DNA from: Azolla caroliniana
Taxonomy: Eukaryota; Plantae; Polypodiophyta
DNA length: 64,000 bases
Direction: 5' to 3'
NCBI GenBank assembly: GCA_043228905.1
Contig: JBHGNT010000010.1
Span: forward strand, 1,736,001-1,800,000
Shown: positions 45,505-57,782 of the stretch, piece after piece
How the letters are laid out: the number at the start of each line of letters is the position of its first letter
How positions within the stretch are numbered: position 1 is the stretch's first letter
Notes under the pieces: generated by a model
The model's input: only the letters and a program-made list of their open reading frames with translations
Databases searched by the model: none
What the model was told of the DNA's origin: nothing
Made by a program: the position numbers and the translations under genes

Positions 45505-48500
45505 TCCTTCATGTCTTTCGTTTCGAATTGGTCGGAGAATAGCTTTTTGATATGTTTGATATATGCTAAATGCTCTCCTCCAATGTCCAAGTCATTCACA
45601 TATATTAGGATAAATACTTGTCCTCTGGAGTCACTCTGGATGAACAAAGAATTGTCGGACTTGTACATTTTAAAGCCGATTTGGTGAAGATATTGGGCTA
45701 TCTTCAAATGCCATGCTCTAGGTGCTTGCTTGAAGCCGTAGAGGCTTTTTAATTCGGCAAACAGCAGTCGGATGCATACTCAACTTTAATCCCAAGTGGT
45801 TGTACCATGTACACCTCCTCATCTAATTTGCCTTGGAGAAAGGCGTTCTTGAAGTCCATTTGATGGAGGTGTCACCCATTTGCTACTGCAAGCACAATCA
45901 CAGTTCGAATGGTAGTCATCTTTGCCACCGGTGCAAAGGTCTCTTCATAATCAACCCCATGTGTTTGCGCATACCCTTTTGCCACGAGCTAGGTCTTATA
46001 TCGATTGACAGTGCCATCAACATTGTGCTTCACCTTGAATATCCACCGACACCCGATTGCCTTTTGGTGGGGTGAAGGGGGAACGAGATCCCATGTCTCG
46101 TTTTTGGAGGGTGCTTGCATCTCCTCATTCATCGCTTCGACCCATCATGGGTCTTTGTGGCTTCGGAAAAAGTTTTTGGCTCTCGGATTGTCGCCACCTT
46201 CATCATGATTGCATAATGATATGCCATGTGGTCGTTGTAGCCGAATCAGATGAATATGTTATTCTCTCGAGTGGACCGACGTGGTTGTTCACTTGTCTTC
46301 GTGAACACTTTCTCGACTCCTCGTATCCTCATGATAGGCACATCCAATTCACCATACTCACTGTCGAGTTGGTGAGCCGATTTGTTTCCATCGGAGGCTT
46401 TGTACTCAAGCATTTTGACCTTCCCTTTGTCCAATTTCGGACTTGGCCATGACGTGCTTTGGTCACTTGGAGGCTCTTGCGGTCCACTCAACTTGGTTGA
46501 GATTGGACTTTCTTTTGGTGTGAGCCTCAGTTGATCATCCTCCTCTGAGTCTATTTTGATTGGGTTAGATAGAGCTGAGTTGACTGTGTACCAGGATGCT
46601 AATTCATTGAATACAACATCCATACTCACTCATACCTTCTTGGTAGAGGGGTTGAAGCACTTATACCCCTTTTGTTCGAGCGAGTACCCAAAAGGATACA
46701 ATTCTCCGATTTTGGATCGACCTTTTGTCGCTTTTCATTCTTGATGTAGGTTTGGTTGCCCTCTTCGCCAAAAGGGACATTTATGACATGCTGAATAGGG
46801 TGGGTTGTGTCATCCCCTATTTCCACATAGCTGGGTCGTTCGAGTTTTTGCAATTCTCAAAACCAAACATTATGAGACGTCAGATGATTGGATGCACCCG
46901 AGTTGACAAACCATACATTTTCCGAGTTGGAGGTGTTTGTACGATATTGTCATCAAATTCACTCTATGTCACATCATGAACATTCTGCCACGATCGTTGT
47001 AGTCGGAATTTGAGGCATAGTTAGTAAGTTGTCAGCTTGTGAAGGCTGGCTGGCTCTTCTTCTTCTGACACTCTGCCCCGTAGTGGCCAAATTTGCCATA
47101 GTATCCACATTGGACGGAGTTGTTTTGTCGGTTGGGTTTGGCATTATTGCTCCTCTTTCTTCCAGACATACAACCTCGCGTGTTTGCAACGTCTTGTTAG
47201 TAGTAGAAGTTCTATTCGCAGGGTTGTTCTTGGTTGTGATGGCCTTGGCCGACTCAACCTCTTCTTCCACGACTTTGTCCCCTTCCTTCATCCAAGTTCG
47301 AATAGAGCATTTGTCCTTCTTGCACATTGCTCTTTGTTCGAACGTGATTTTCTTCGACCGGTAGCATATTATATCCCGCGGTGAGAATTTACCGTAGTAT
47401 TCTATACACGTGGATAAGTGTGAGGGTTAAATGAGAGTGTAAAGAAGGGGAGGATTACTTTTAATCCTCGGGATTGAGACAACCTGTTAGGCCAAGTGTG
47501 AACTTGCCTGGGGGTCTTGGGTATCACTATAAATATGAAGCCTAGCTACCCTCATTTCATCATATCTTGACTACGTCGAGACTCTGTTTCGTGGTGGGTC
47601 AACTCTTGTAGTGAGTCCGCCAACACCAGGTACGACTCAACGTCACGACAATGGTATGGGATGCCGATCGAGGCTCGAGTCCGTCTCGATCCCTTTGCTC
47701 GGGGGTGGTCGGGTGGATCGACACCCTTCTTTCTCTCTCTCTCTCTCTCCTTTCTATCAATCTATCTTTTATCCTTATCATATGCTTACTTTAGATCATA
47801 ACTTTAATAGTTGGTATCAGAGCTTATGTTTCTAATGTTTCCTTTGTTTGTTTTTGTCTTCTTGATGGATGGTGATCAATCGATGTGCGGTCGACCTTGA
47901 TCCAGATGGCGATCAACAAAGGAACATATTTGATCGTATATGTGTGATAAATATACATATGTCTATGTTAGTTATAACGTAATTTCTATTATTATCGAAT
48001 GTTGTCCTTTTCAGGGAAAGGATCTTGGTGACTGTCCTCACATTTTTGTGAGAATGGCATAGTCATCATCCTTTTTTCAACAATCTTTTTTATTGACATC
48101 CCCGTTGGTCACTTCAATTTTGTTACGTAATGAAACGATCATAGCCACAATGATGGTGAGAATGTAGGGCTTGACCCACTTCATGTGAGGTCGCTCCTAG
48201 GACACACATATCCAACATCCTTCCCTCACTACATGGATACAATGCCACCATGAGATCATTCTTACGAAAGGCATTCGTAATGACGTAACCATGTAATGGG
48301 CCACGTGGACCTACTATGAAAAGAGGGCTCATTTGGCTTGACCATTAGGTTACACTTTGGCATATGCCATCATAATTATGAGACTTGAGGTTAGGTAATG
48401 TACCAACATAGTTTGTGGTAAACGAGTGGGAAATAAGGACTCTTGACATATGTGTTTCTTTTTAAAAAAACATACATGAGCAAATGCCTCGCATATCTCT

Positions 48501-49130
48501 TGTACGCATAAAACATTAAACATGCAACACGAGCAACCTATTTGGTTAGCTCAAGTGTTTAATGTATTTGTTCTCGAGGTCTCGAGTTCAAATATGACCA
48601 AGACCATACAACATTATTGATACATATGACTATAATACATGTTTAGACTTTAGGTCTAAGTGCACTTCGAGGTCCTCGTAATAGGACTTAAAGAGCCAAC
48701 ATTATTGATACATATGACTATAATACATGTTTAGACTTTAGGTCTAAGTGCACTTCGGGGTCCTCGTAATAGGACTTAAAGAGCCGAAACCACATACGTG
48801 GGCACAAAAACATAGTTTATTGTTAACATTTTTTTCGTGTATAAACTATTCATGACACGAACATACATGGTTGAGCCTCGGGGAGCCGCCATGAAAAAAA
48901 TTGATATAGAGATTAGGGAAAGACATTCATTTGTCACCCCCATGGTTTTTAAAACACCTTTGTGTTACCATAGTAACCTGATCTTGAACCTCATCTCATA
49001 CGTCTAGAGGGGTATTGACGTGAGATTATGATATGGATTAATGTTGGCCCATGATATGTTTACATCACGACTTGATGTTATGACTATTTGTCTGACCTTA
49101 TCCTATTTCTTTGCCAGAAATAATCATTCA

Positions 49131-52100
49131 ATGGCTCAGAATAACGACCCGATGTCATCCGCTCAAGCGGAAGGAACTTGAGGAAATCCTCTTGGAGCAA
49201 TCTCCATTGAGTCGTATTTCTTACACATACAAAATTTCCTTAATTCAACCGCTCATCAGATGTCCGAACTTCTGCAATCTCAAAGTGCTCTCGAGGCATG
49301 TGTCATTAGTTTACAACGTGACTCTAATAGACCCGATGAGCGTCAGGGTGAACCATCATTTGTCGTAAAGCCATTTACGGGAGAAAAAAAGGAAAGAACC
49401 AAAGAAGCAATCTGCACGTGGTTGGGCTAATGGGAGTCTCATTTTGTGCTCTATCCTATGCCAGATAGTACAAAGATTGCATATGTCGGCCGAGAACTAG
49501 GGGGTAAGGCTGCCGCCTGATGGTGTGGGCTCCGAACTTTGGGGAAATTGCCTGATACCTGGACAGATTTTGTCATAGTTTTTAAGGGCCAAATTTTGCA
49601 ACCTCCCTCTCAAACCGAGGCAACACAAGCTTTAATGAACTTCTCTAGTAGGAAGTTTTCCTTGCTAGAAGACTATGTTCACCATGCTCGAACCCAAATC
49701 CAAAAATCGGGTCTAGAAGGGGACAATTGGTTGATAGCTTGTTTTGTCAATGGCATTCCCAATTCGGACTATCACTGGATAATACATGATAAGGATCCAA
49801 AATCCTTCGAACAGGTCGTTGAAATAGTTCTTCGCTATCAACGCACTTCGAAGAAGGATCATAACAAACCCAACGAAGCACACGGGACTAAGCAATCGCA
49901 ATTCGCTAGGAAACGCAAGACACCCAACGAATTCGTGGATTGTGATTGTAAGCGACAACATCCTTTTTGCGTATTCTGTAAAAAGAAGGGTCATACAAAA
50001 GAACAATGTCGAGAGCTCCAACGGAAAGAGCACGGCAACAAAGCAAAAGTTGTAGACCATAAAGGTTAGATTCCTAATGTCCTTGAGGTCTATACGCCTC
50101 ATTTAAATAATTGTGAATGTTCTTTCCCTCACTATGTATTGGGACCCAATGATTTACTACGTGCAAACGGGTATGTCAATGGATCTCTCGTACAATTTTT
50201 GTTTGATTTGGGAAGCTCACACAATTTTGTGAATGATTGTCTGGTTCATATATGGGGAATCCAACCCATCGTAAGTGATCACACCTATAGGGTGCACTTG
50301 GCTGATGGAAGAGTACAATACATCAACGGGGCGATTCATTCATTAGGAATTTCTATTGATACTTATGTAGAGGAAGTAGACTTCCATGTAATGAATCTTT
50401 GTACCACTGATGTAATACTAGGTTATCCCTGGTTTTATAATAAAAACTTTTCTTTGTCTATTGATTGGGTTCGTCATTCCATTTCCTTTGTACTAAACAA
50501 TTGTACTCATTTTATTCAAGGTGTAAATAAACAATCCCTTTCGATTGTTTCCTCTCCATCAATATTTGAGTTATCTTGTTCTTCTTTATTTTATTGTGTA
50601 CTTGATCCGAACATTCATGTTACAATATTGATAACATCTCAGGTCAATTGACATATTTTGAACAACAACAACTCAATAAAATCTTAAATGATTTTCATGA
50701 TGTTTTTCCGAGTGAACTACCACATGGGTTACCTCCTAAACATAATATAGACCATCGTATAGATATAATTTGTACCTGGCGTTGCACCAATAAGTATACC
50801 TCCTTATCGCTTAAGTCGATCCGAAGAGGATGAGGTATCTAAGCAACTCAAGGACTACTTACGAATGGGTTATATATGTTATAGTAAATCTCCATGGGGT
50901 GCACCTGTTCTCTTGGTAAAAAAAGAAAGAGGGCACATGGCGTATGTGTATTAATTATCGACGCTTGAATAAAGTGACAATCAAGAATTCATATCCATTG
51001 CCCTGGGATGACGATCTAATTGACCATCTCCAGGGAGCTCGGTATTTTACGAAACTTGATCTCCGTACAGGCTACCATCAAATTCGTATAAGTGAGGACG
51101 ATGTTCCTAAAACGACATTTCGTACGCGTTATGGCCATTATGAGTTTTTGGTTATGCCTTTTGGTTTGACCAATGCTCCGAACACATTTCAACAAGAAAT
51201 GAATGACATTTTCTGAGAACAACTTGGAAAATTTGTCATTATTTTCTTGGATGATATTCTAGTTTATAGTCATACATTAGGAGAACATGCTAAACATGTC
51301 TGTTTTGTTTTGCAAACATTGCGCGATAAGCAATTCTATGAGAAGATCTCAAAATGCGAGTTCTTCAAGAAATCAATTACTTATCTTGGACATCTCATAA
51401 CCGAACGAGGAGTTGAAATTGATCCTTCTCGCATCGAGAAAATCAAACTTTGGCCTACTCTTCGGAATATTCGAGAAATTCGATCATTCCTTGGTTTTGT
51501 CGGGTTTTTGCGAAATTCCCTTTGTAATTACTCCCAATTGACGATGCCGTTTACTGATCTTCTAAAAGGTCAAACACGTAAGTCTACAAAACCTATTGTG
51601 TGGAATGCTACACTAGGCCTCGCCTTTAAGGAACTCAAGGACCTGGTGTGCAAGGCTCCTTCGCTTCTTTTACCTGATCCTTCAAAACCTTTTGAAGTTG
51701 AAACCGATGCAAGCGATTATGCTATAGGTGTTGTCTTATATCAAGATGGTAAACCAATAACATTCGAGAGTAAGAAACTTGATTATGCTCAATCTCGGTA
51801 TACGGTTCAAGAAAAGGAATTATTTGCAGTTATACATGCGCTCAAAAGTTGACGCCTTTATCTTTATGGAAATCTTTTTGTGGTAACTATGGACCACAAG
51901 TCCTTGAAATATTTTTGTGACCAACAAAACCTAAAAGGTTGTAAGGCACGATGGGTTGAACATTGTCGAAGTTGCATCCGTGAAGTTAACATGCTTAGCT
52001 TCACTGAAATAACATCAAATCTTTATGATCACCTTCGAGGAAAGTATCTTGTGTTAGGAAATAGGTCCCTCCAGATGGGAAGTTGAGAAGAACCGTGTTG

Positions 52101-54093
52101 ATGAGCACGGCCTCGGCCGAAACCGGAAATCGTGGAGATAGCCAACCCGAAAGGCTAAACTTGTAAATAGTCGAAAGGTTACATTAGTATATAAGCACTT
52201 AGGGCAATCATGTTATGTGTGTGTGTTATTGTAAAGTTACCGTTGACGAGGTTGTTGCCTCCGTAACTGTGAGAGTGAACGAGTGTGAGTGGAAGCGTGT
52301 GAGCTCCATAGCCGCCTGTTGGCGAAGCAGAATCTCGAGGTCGTTGCCTCTGAGATCTCTGATTGTATTCCTTTCTCTCATAGTGTTCTGTTTCGGAGTT
52401 TGTGGACTCCATGTGGTTTTTCCCAATTCGGGTTTCCACGTTAAAATCTATGTCACTCTCAGTTTCTGTATTCTGTTTTTTCCTTTCCTTAGATTGACTA
52501 TTATTCCACACACGCGAAACCAATTGTGGCCGGCAACAATTTAACTTTCATCTTGATGACAATTACTTTGCAAAATATTGGGCAAGAGTTGAGTCTGGAA
52601 AAGACACCAACACCTCCTCGAAGGAATCCTTCCACATTGCTAACGGTCTTTTCTACAGTAATGGGAAGGTTTGTGTTCCAGATTTGCCTGAGGTCAAAAA
52701 GAGAATTCTTTTTTAATGCCATTATGCACCCTCTGCGGGGCACCCTGGAATACATCGTACACTCGTTCTCATCTCCACTCAATTCTATTGGCCTAAGATG
52801 CGTCATGACATACATAACTATGTGATTAAATGTCACCAATGTCAGGTTAACAAAGTTGAGCGACTTAAAGCTGCAAGACTTTTACATCCCTTGGACATTC
52901 CCAATAATAAGTGGGAAAGTATATCCATGGATTTTATTGTTAGCCTTCGTCGCACCCAAAAAGGCCATGATGCCATCTGGGTTGTGATTGATAGACTAAC
53001 TAAAATGGCCAGATTTATTGCTACTAAAACCATGGCAACAACTCCTGAATTGGCTTACCAATTTGTTGACGAGTTATTTCGTTTTTATGGGTTACCAATG
53101 GATATCGTGAGTGATCGAGATCCAAAGTTTACTAGTGACTTTTGGACGCAAGTCTTTAAGAAGTTAGAAACTACATTGAGCATGAGCTCCACGGATCATC
53201 CTCGATCTGATGGACAGACAGAGCAAGTAAATCAAATTATTGAGGACATGCTTTGAGCATACGTCGGTGCAAAACCAACAAAATGGGAATGTTATCTCCC
53301 AAATTTGGAGTTTGCTTATAACAGCTCCAAGCATACGTTGACGAGATATAGTCCGAGGACATGCTTCGAGCATACGTTGGTGCAAAACCAACAAAATGGG
53401 AACATTATCTCCCAATTTTGGAGTTTGCTTAGAACAGCTCCAAGCATACGTCGATGAGATATAGTCCTTTTACATTGATGTATGGTTTTCAGCCACGAGC
53501 CCTGATTGATGTTAATATACATCATGATGAGTTGCGAAGTACGCAAAACTTTCTTTGGGATATGCAAGATATGTTTGCATATTGCACGAGATAATATAAA
53601 AACATCTCAAGATAGAGCGCGTTTTTACGCCGATCATAATAGGCAACCTCGTGTATTCAACCCTAGACAGAAGGTATTTTTATGTGTACCTCACAATTCT
53701 AAGACATTGTCTACGGGTAAGTGCACTAAGTTAGCCCCACGGTTTTGTGAACCTTTTCAAGTCCTCAAACGCATTGGTTCATCAGCCTATCGTCTCGCTC
53801 TTCCCGATGGCATTGAAATTCATCCAGTTTTTCATGTAAGTCGTCTAAAAGAACTTTTAGGTTCTGGCGACAATATAGTTACAACTGAAACTCTGGTTAC
53901 TTTAGAAGAATTATCTTCTAAACCACGTGTACTAGAAATAATTCTCGATGTTAAAACAAAAAAATTGCGTACTAAAATAATTCGAGAATTTAAAATTAGA
54001 TGGATGGATAAATCTATCAAAGATGTTGGGAACGCGAAAATACTCTTAGAACTAACTTCCCTAACTTTCCATTGCAAGAGTGCAATGTTTTAA
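49131..54093 (+). pseudogene. Gypsy-2 gag-pol remnant with C-terminal chromodomain
   Basis: CVFCKKKGHTKEQC; FDLGSSHNF; [21 protein letters not shown]; VETDASDYAIG; SMDFIV/SDRDPKF; chromo-like EIILDVK..REFKIRW. Many stops. Confidence 0.92.
52052..52550 (+). mobile_element. Solo LTR of an unrelated family inserted in Gypsy-2 pol
   Basis: TG...CA, TSD TCTTG (52047-51 and 52551-55). Removing it restores RGKYL|DDNYFAKYW. TATATAA at ~52188 suggests + orientation. Confidence 0.9.
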
Positions 54094-56394
54094 AGAGGGG
54101 GAGTATGTTACGGGCATGACCATATTATATCCCGCGGTGAGAATTTATCGTAGTATTGTATACACGTGGATAAGTGTGAGGGTTAAATGAGAGTGTAAAG
54201 AAGGGGAGGATTACTTTTACTCCTCGAGATTGAGACAACCCATTAGGCCAAGTGTGAACTTGCCTGGGGGCCTTGGGTATCGCTATAAATATGAGGCCTA
54301 GCTACCCTCAATTCATCATATCTTGACTACATCGAGACTCTGTTTCGTGGTGGATCAACTCTTGTAACGAGCGCGCCAACACCAGGTACGACTCGACGGC
54401 ACGACGGTGGTATGGGACGTCGATCGAGGCCCGAGTCCGTCTCGATCCCTTAGCTCGGGGGTGGTCGGGTGGATCGACACCCTTCTTTCTCTCTCTCCTT
54501 TCTATCTATCTACCTTTATCATTATCATATGCTTACTTTACATCATAACTCTAATATACAACCTCCAACATGTGAAACCTACACCATTAACGTCACAACA
54601 AGGTGGGCATTAGAGATAACTCTACCATCCCCCCTATAGAAAAACTTGTTGATATTGAACTTGTATAACAAACAAGACAAAAGCAACAATTAGCCGTCAA
54701 AAATTACATTGCTTTGTCATTTTGTGAGATTAATCAATTAAACCTTCATATTTTAAAGATAAATTTTCTGAAATACACTAATAATAATAATACCTATTCA
54801 ACATGTACGAATAAAAAATGATATACTTTTAATCATATATAATGGATACAAATAAAGGCAAGAACGTCAATTAAACAATAAAAGAAAATTTATCATTGGT
54901 TGAGGGTTTCCCACGATTAGTTGCATGTTCTAAGCTCAGGACTTTCTACTTACGTCTTTGGTTTCTTAATTAGAGCCTTAGGCATAAAAGACACATGATC
55001 CATAATTTAAGGTAAAGTCAAATAGAAATTGGCTTTGGCATCTAATGTTGAACAAGAGATACGATTCACAATTATGGTTCTAACATGGTCGTGGATTGTT
55101 GCTTATATACATGTCTTGTACATTCATAATGCTTGTAATTTAATAATTATCTTTTCACCTTCATTAGTACGGTGTACCCATGTATAATTAAGTGAAAAAC
55201 ATATATTACTATGCTAATATTTCTTAAAATTTCCCTATTTACATTATATATATACAAACAATTTTTTGTGGTGATAGACATCAACATGCCATCATGTTAG
55301 CTCTTTTTATATGTAGATAAATTTGCACACTAGAGTTGATTAGTATCGCCCATTGAGAGAAGTGAATTTGACCCCCTATTTCCAAAAATGACAAGTTTTC
55401 TCATGTTCACAAAATAGAAATAAATGCTTCCACCTTCCTTTCCTTGCAATAGGTAAGTCAATAACTTTGCCCCCATTAGGTTTGGGACAAATAGGGTGGC
55501 AACATTCCCAAGCTTAATACCTTCCTTACCTTGGGTTGTCTCTAGCAAGTATCAAACGCAATCAAACTTATTTTCTTGTAATGGCTAGGTGCCCACAAAA
55601 GCTCATTATTTCACCCCCTTGGATTTGGGACAAATACGACAATGACACTTACAAACTTAATACTGTACCTTGAGAACCCGATCTTAAGGTGTCCTTGGCA
55701 AGCATTGAGCTCGAGACCTTGTGGCATTGAATTAGTCTTTAAACCAACTCAAAAACTTTACAAGGCTAACTCTTCCATTAACAATGATGGATGCTCACTA
55801 AAAGACAAGCAAATATTATTTTTCATATGGCAGTAAAGAGAGGAGAGCCTCTTCAAATTAGAGGCTCTAATTTCTAATTCGATTTGATCGTCTTGAAACC
55901 CTTCAAGGTTCCATCCATGTCCGCACCTCGAGTTCCTCAAGCCTCGTGTCAAACATAAACACAAACTTTAAATTTCCACAAGGTGAGAGGATGTGTTGGA
56001 ATAAATTTTTGATTTGCTACAAGTTTACTCACCTTACTCAATAACTTTGCTAATCAATGAGATCTGGCCAAGCCAACCATACTTCGGTGCTTGTCCATAA
56101 AGTCATCAATGATGTCACGCTCACACTTCAAATCGTGGAGGGCTCCTTTGCTTGAGCAACGTATTTGATATCAACCCACTTCAAATCGTGGCGCGAGAAT
56201 TTGCGCACACAAAGTTGATCCACAATCATTCATAACTCGAAGCAGATTGCAAAAAATCAATGCATAAATGGGAGAGAAGTTCAATTGGGCACATACAATT
56301 AATTGGGACGAGGCCGGGCTTGAGCCAATGGATGGGATGTGGATTAAAAGGCCGGGTGGACAAATGAACAGTTAAAGGTGGAAGAAGAGGAGGG

Positions 56395-57658
56395 TCCAAC
56401 GGTTAGGTGTCCAAAAGGGAGATTGGTCATGGGGAATCGGTGACCACTCGAGCAACAAATTGTTACTATCGAAAAGCTCCAGAAAATAGAGAAGGAAAAG
56501 AGCAGCATTATTTATTAATTTAATAAATGAGACCTCGAAAACCCGGAAAAGAAAAAACGCTTCCCAGAGCCGTGCGCCGACGTGGCAGACAGTGCAATGC
56601 TGACAAGGCCCAGACTTCTCACGAGTGTCTTTATAAATTGACACGTTCGCGCGCTGGCGTGGCAAGACCACATTTGTAGGGAAAAGAAGACGTTCAGAAT
56701 TAATAATAATTAGAACAATAAATTCGAAGAGCTTTTTACGTGAAGACACTTTGCTATATGTACATACATATAGCAAGCAAGGAAGGAGGGGGTATTTTGG
56801 TAATATTTGAAAACCTCCTTTGCTTTTCTCGTTACGATCGGGTGTGAGCATATATGTATATGATGGCCCCCATGGTTTCATAGTGTCAAGACTCGAGAGT
56901 CGAGACTAAAGCTGTTCTCAAACAAGACCAACATGGCCACTTCTTCGTCTTTGCCCTTCGTCCACCACATAGTTTTCTCATCAAAGATTGTGTTGCTACA
57001 TGACAACGGTTTGTTGTGATCGATCCTTCCATGTCCTTTTAGCCCTAAAGTACGCTTACTTTTGTCTTAAGGCATGGTTGGTAGTGCAACCTCGATGAAA
57101 ATGGGGGAGTATGTATGTGACATACACTCGTTGAAGGACGGAAACTTCAGGCGGACAGAAGTCGTGTTTGGGCTCTATTAGGTAGTCCAAAAGGAAAAAA
57201 TAATCATTCGATACATCGCACCACCATGCTAGAATAGCAATTACGTGCTTTTGTCGGGATGCTCGGTTCACGGGGCGAAAAACCGAGCGGGAAAGGAAAT
57301 CCCCCCGTTTATTATGACGGAAAACCGGCCTCTCGATCGTGTCGTGCGCCGGCATGCCGACGTGGCAAGAAGGAAAACCGGCTTGCTGACGTGGCAAGGG
57401 GCTGCCGCGTCGGCTCGGGATCTGCACTTTTTGGCGCTTTTTCGGCGACAAAGTGAATAAAGACAAAACAAAAACCCCGCCAAAATAGAGGAGGAGGGCG
57501 GGCTCTTTAAATAAATAAATAAAAATATAAATAGAACTTTTTTATTTATTTTCGTGCAAAAGAGCGAAGAAAATAACAATAAATGTGTGTGGGGGCGGGG
57601 ATTTTACTGTTTTTTTTTTCTCTTTTTTTTTTTTCAAGATCGTCGATTTCCCGCCAAA
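56395..57658 (+). promoter_or_regulatory. FBL17 promoter/5' leader with E2F sites and an MSA-like element
   Basis: GCGGGAAA 57287; TTTGGCGC 57430; CCGCCAAA 57477; TTTCCCGCCAAA 57647; TCCAACGGTT 56395. Confidence 0.65.
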
Positions 57659-57782
57659 ATAGGGGTTGTCGTAATTCTGCTAAAATTCGAAGAAAAGACA
57701 GAAAGAAAAAGAGAGCAGGATTTGTTCTTGAAGCTTCTTCTTCTTCTTCTTCTTCTTCTTTCCTTTGGAGGCTCGGCTGTCT

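Larger units (their letters stand above)
33990..47364 (-). mobile_element. Decayed Ty1/Copia (Copia-2), interrupted by Gypsy-1, 5' end deleted
   Basis: Putative 3' LTR 33990-34285 (TG..CA, next to a (GT)n tract). RNase H/RT remnants at 34450-35300 continue at 45505 (MKELHYFLGIEV split by the insertion). RT, protease and gag remnants run to 47364. Confidence 0.85.
47365..54556 (+). mobile_element. Decayed chromovirus-type Ty3/Gypsy element (Gypsy-2)
   Basis: LTRs 47365-47809 (first 15 bp missing) and 54106-54556, differing at roughly 25-30 sites by eye. tRNA-iMet PBS at 47812. PPT AAAGAGGGGGAG at 54092. Confidence 0.92.

Noticed and set aside
55330-56270. Possible old L1 remnant (SIIVNGR)
   Set aside because: No following QGxPLSP or other RT motif recognisable.
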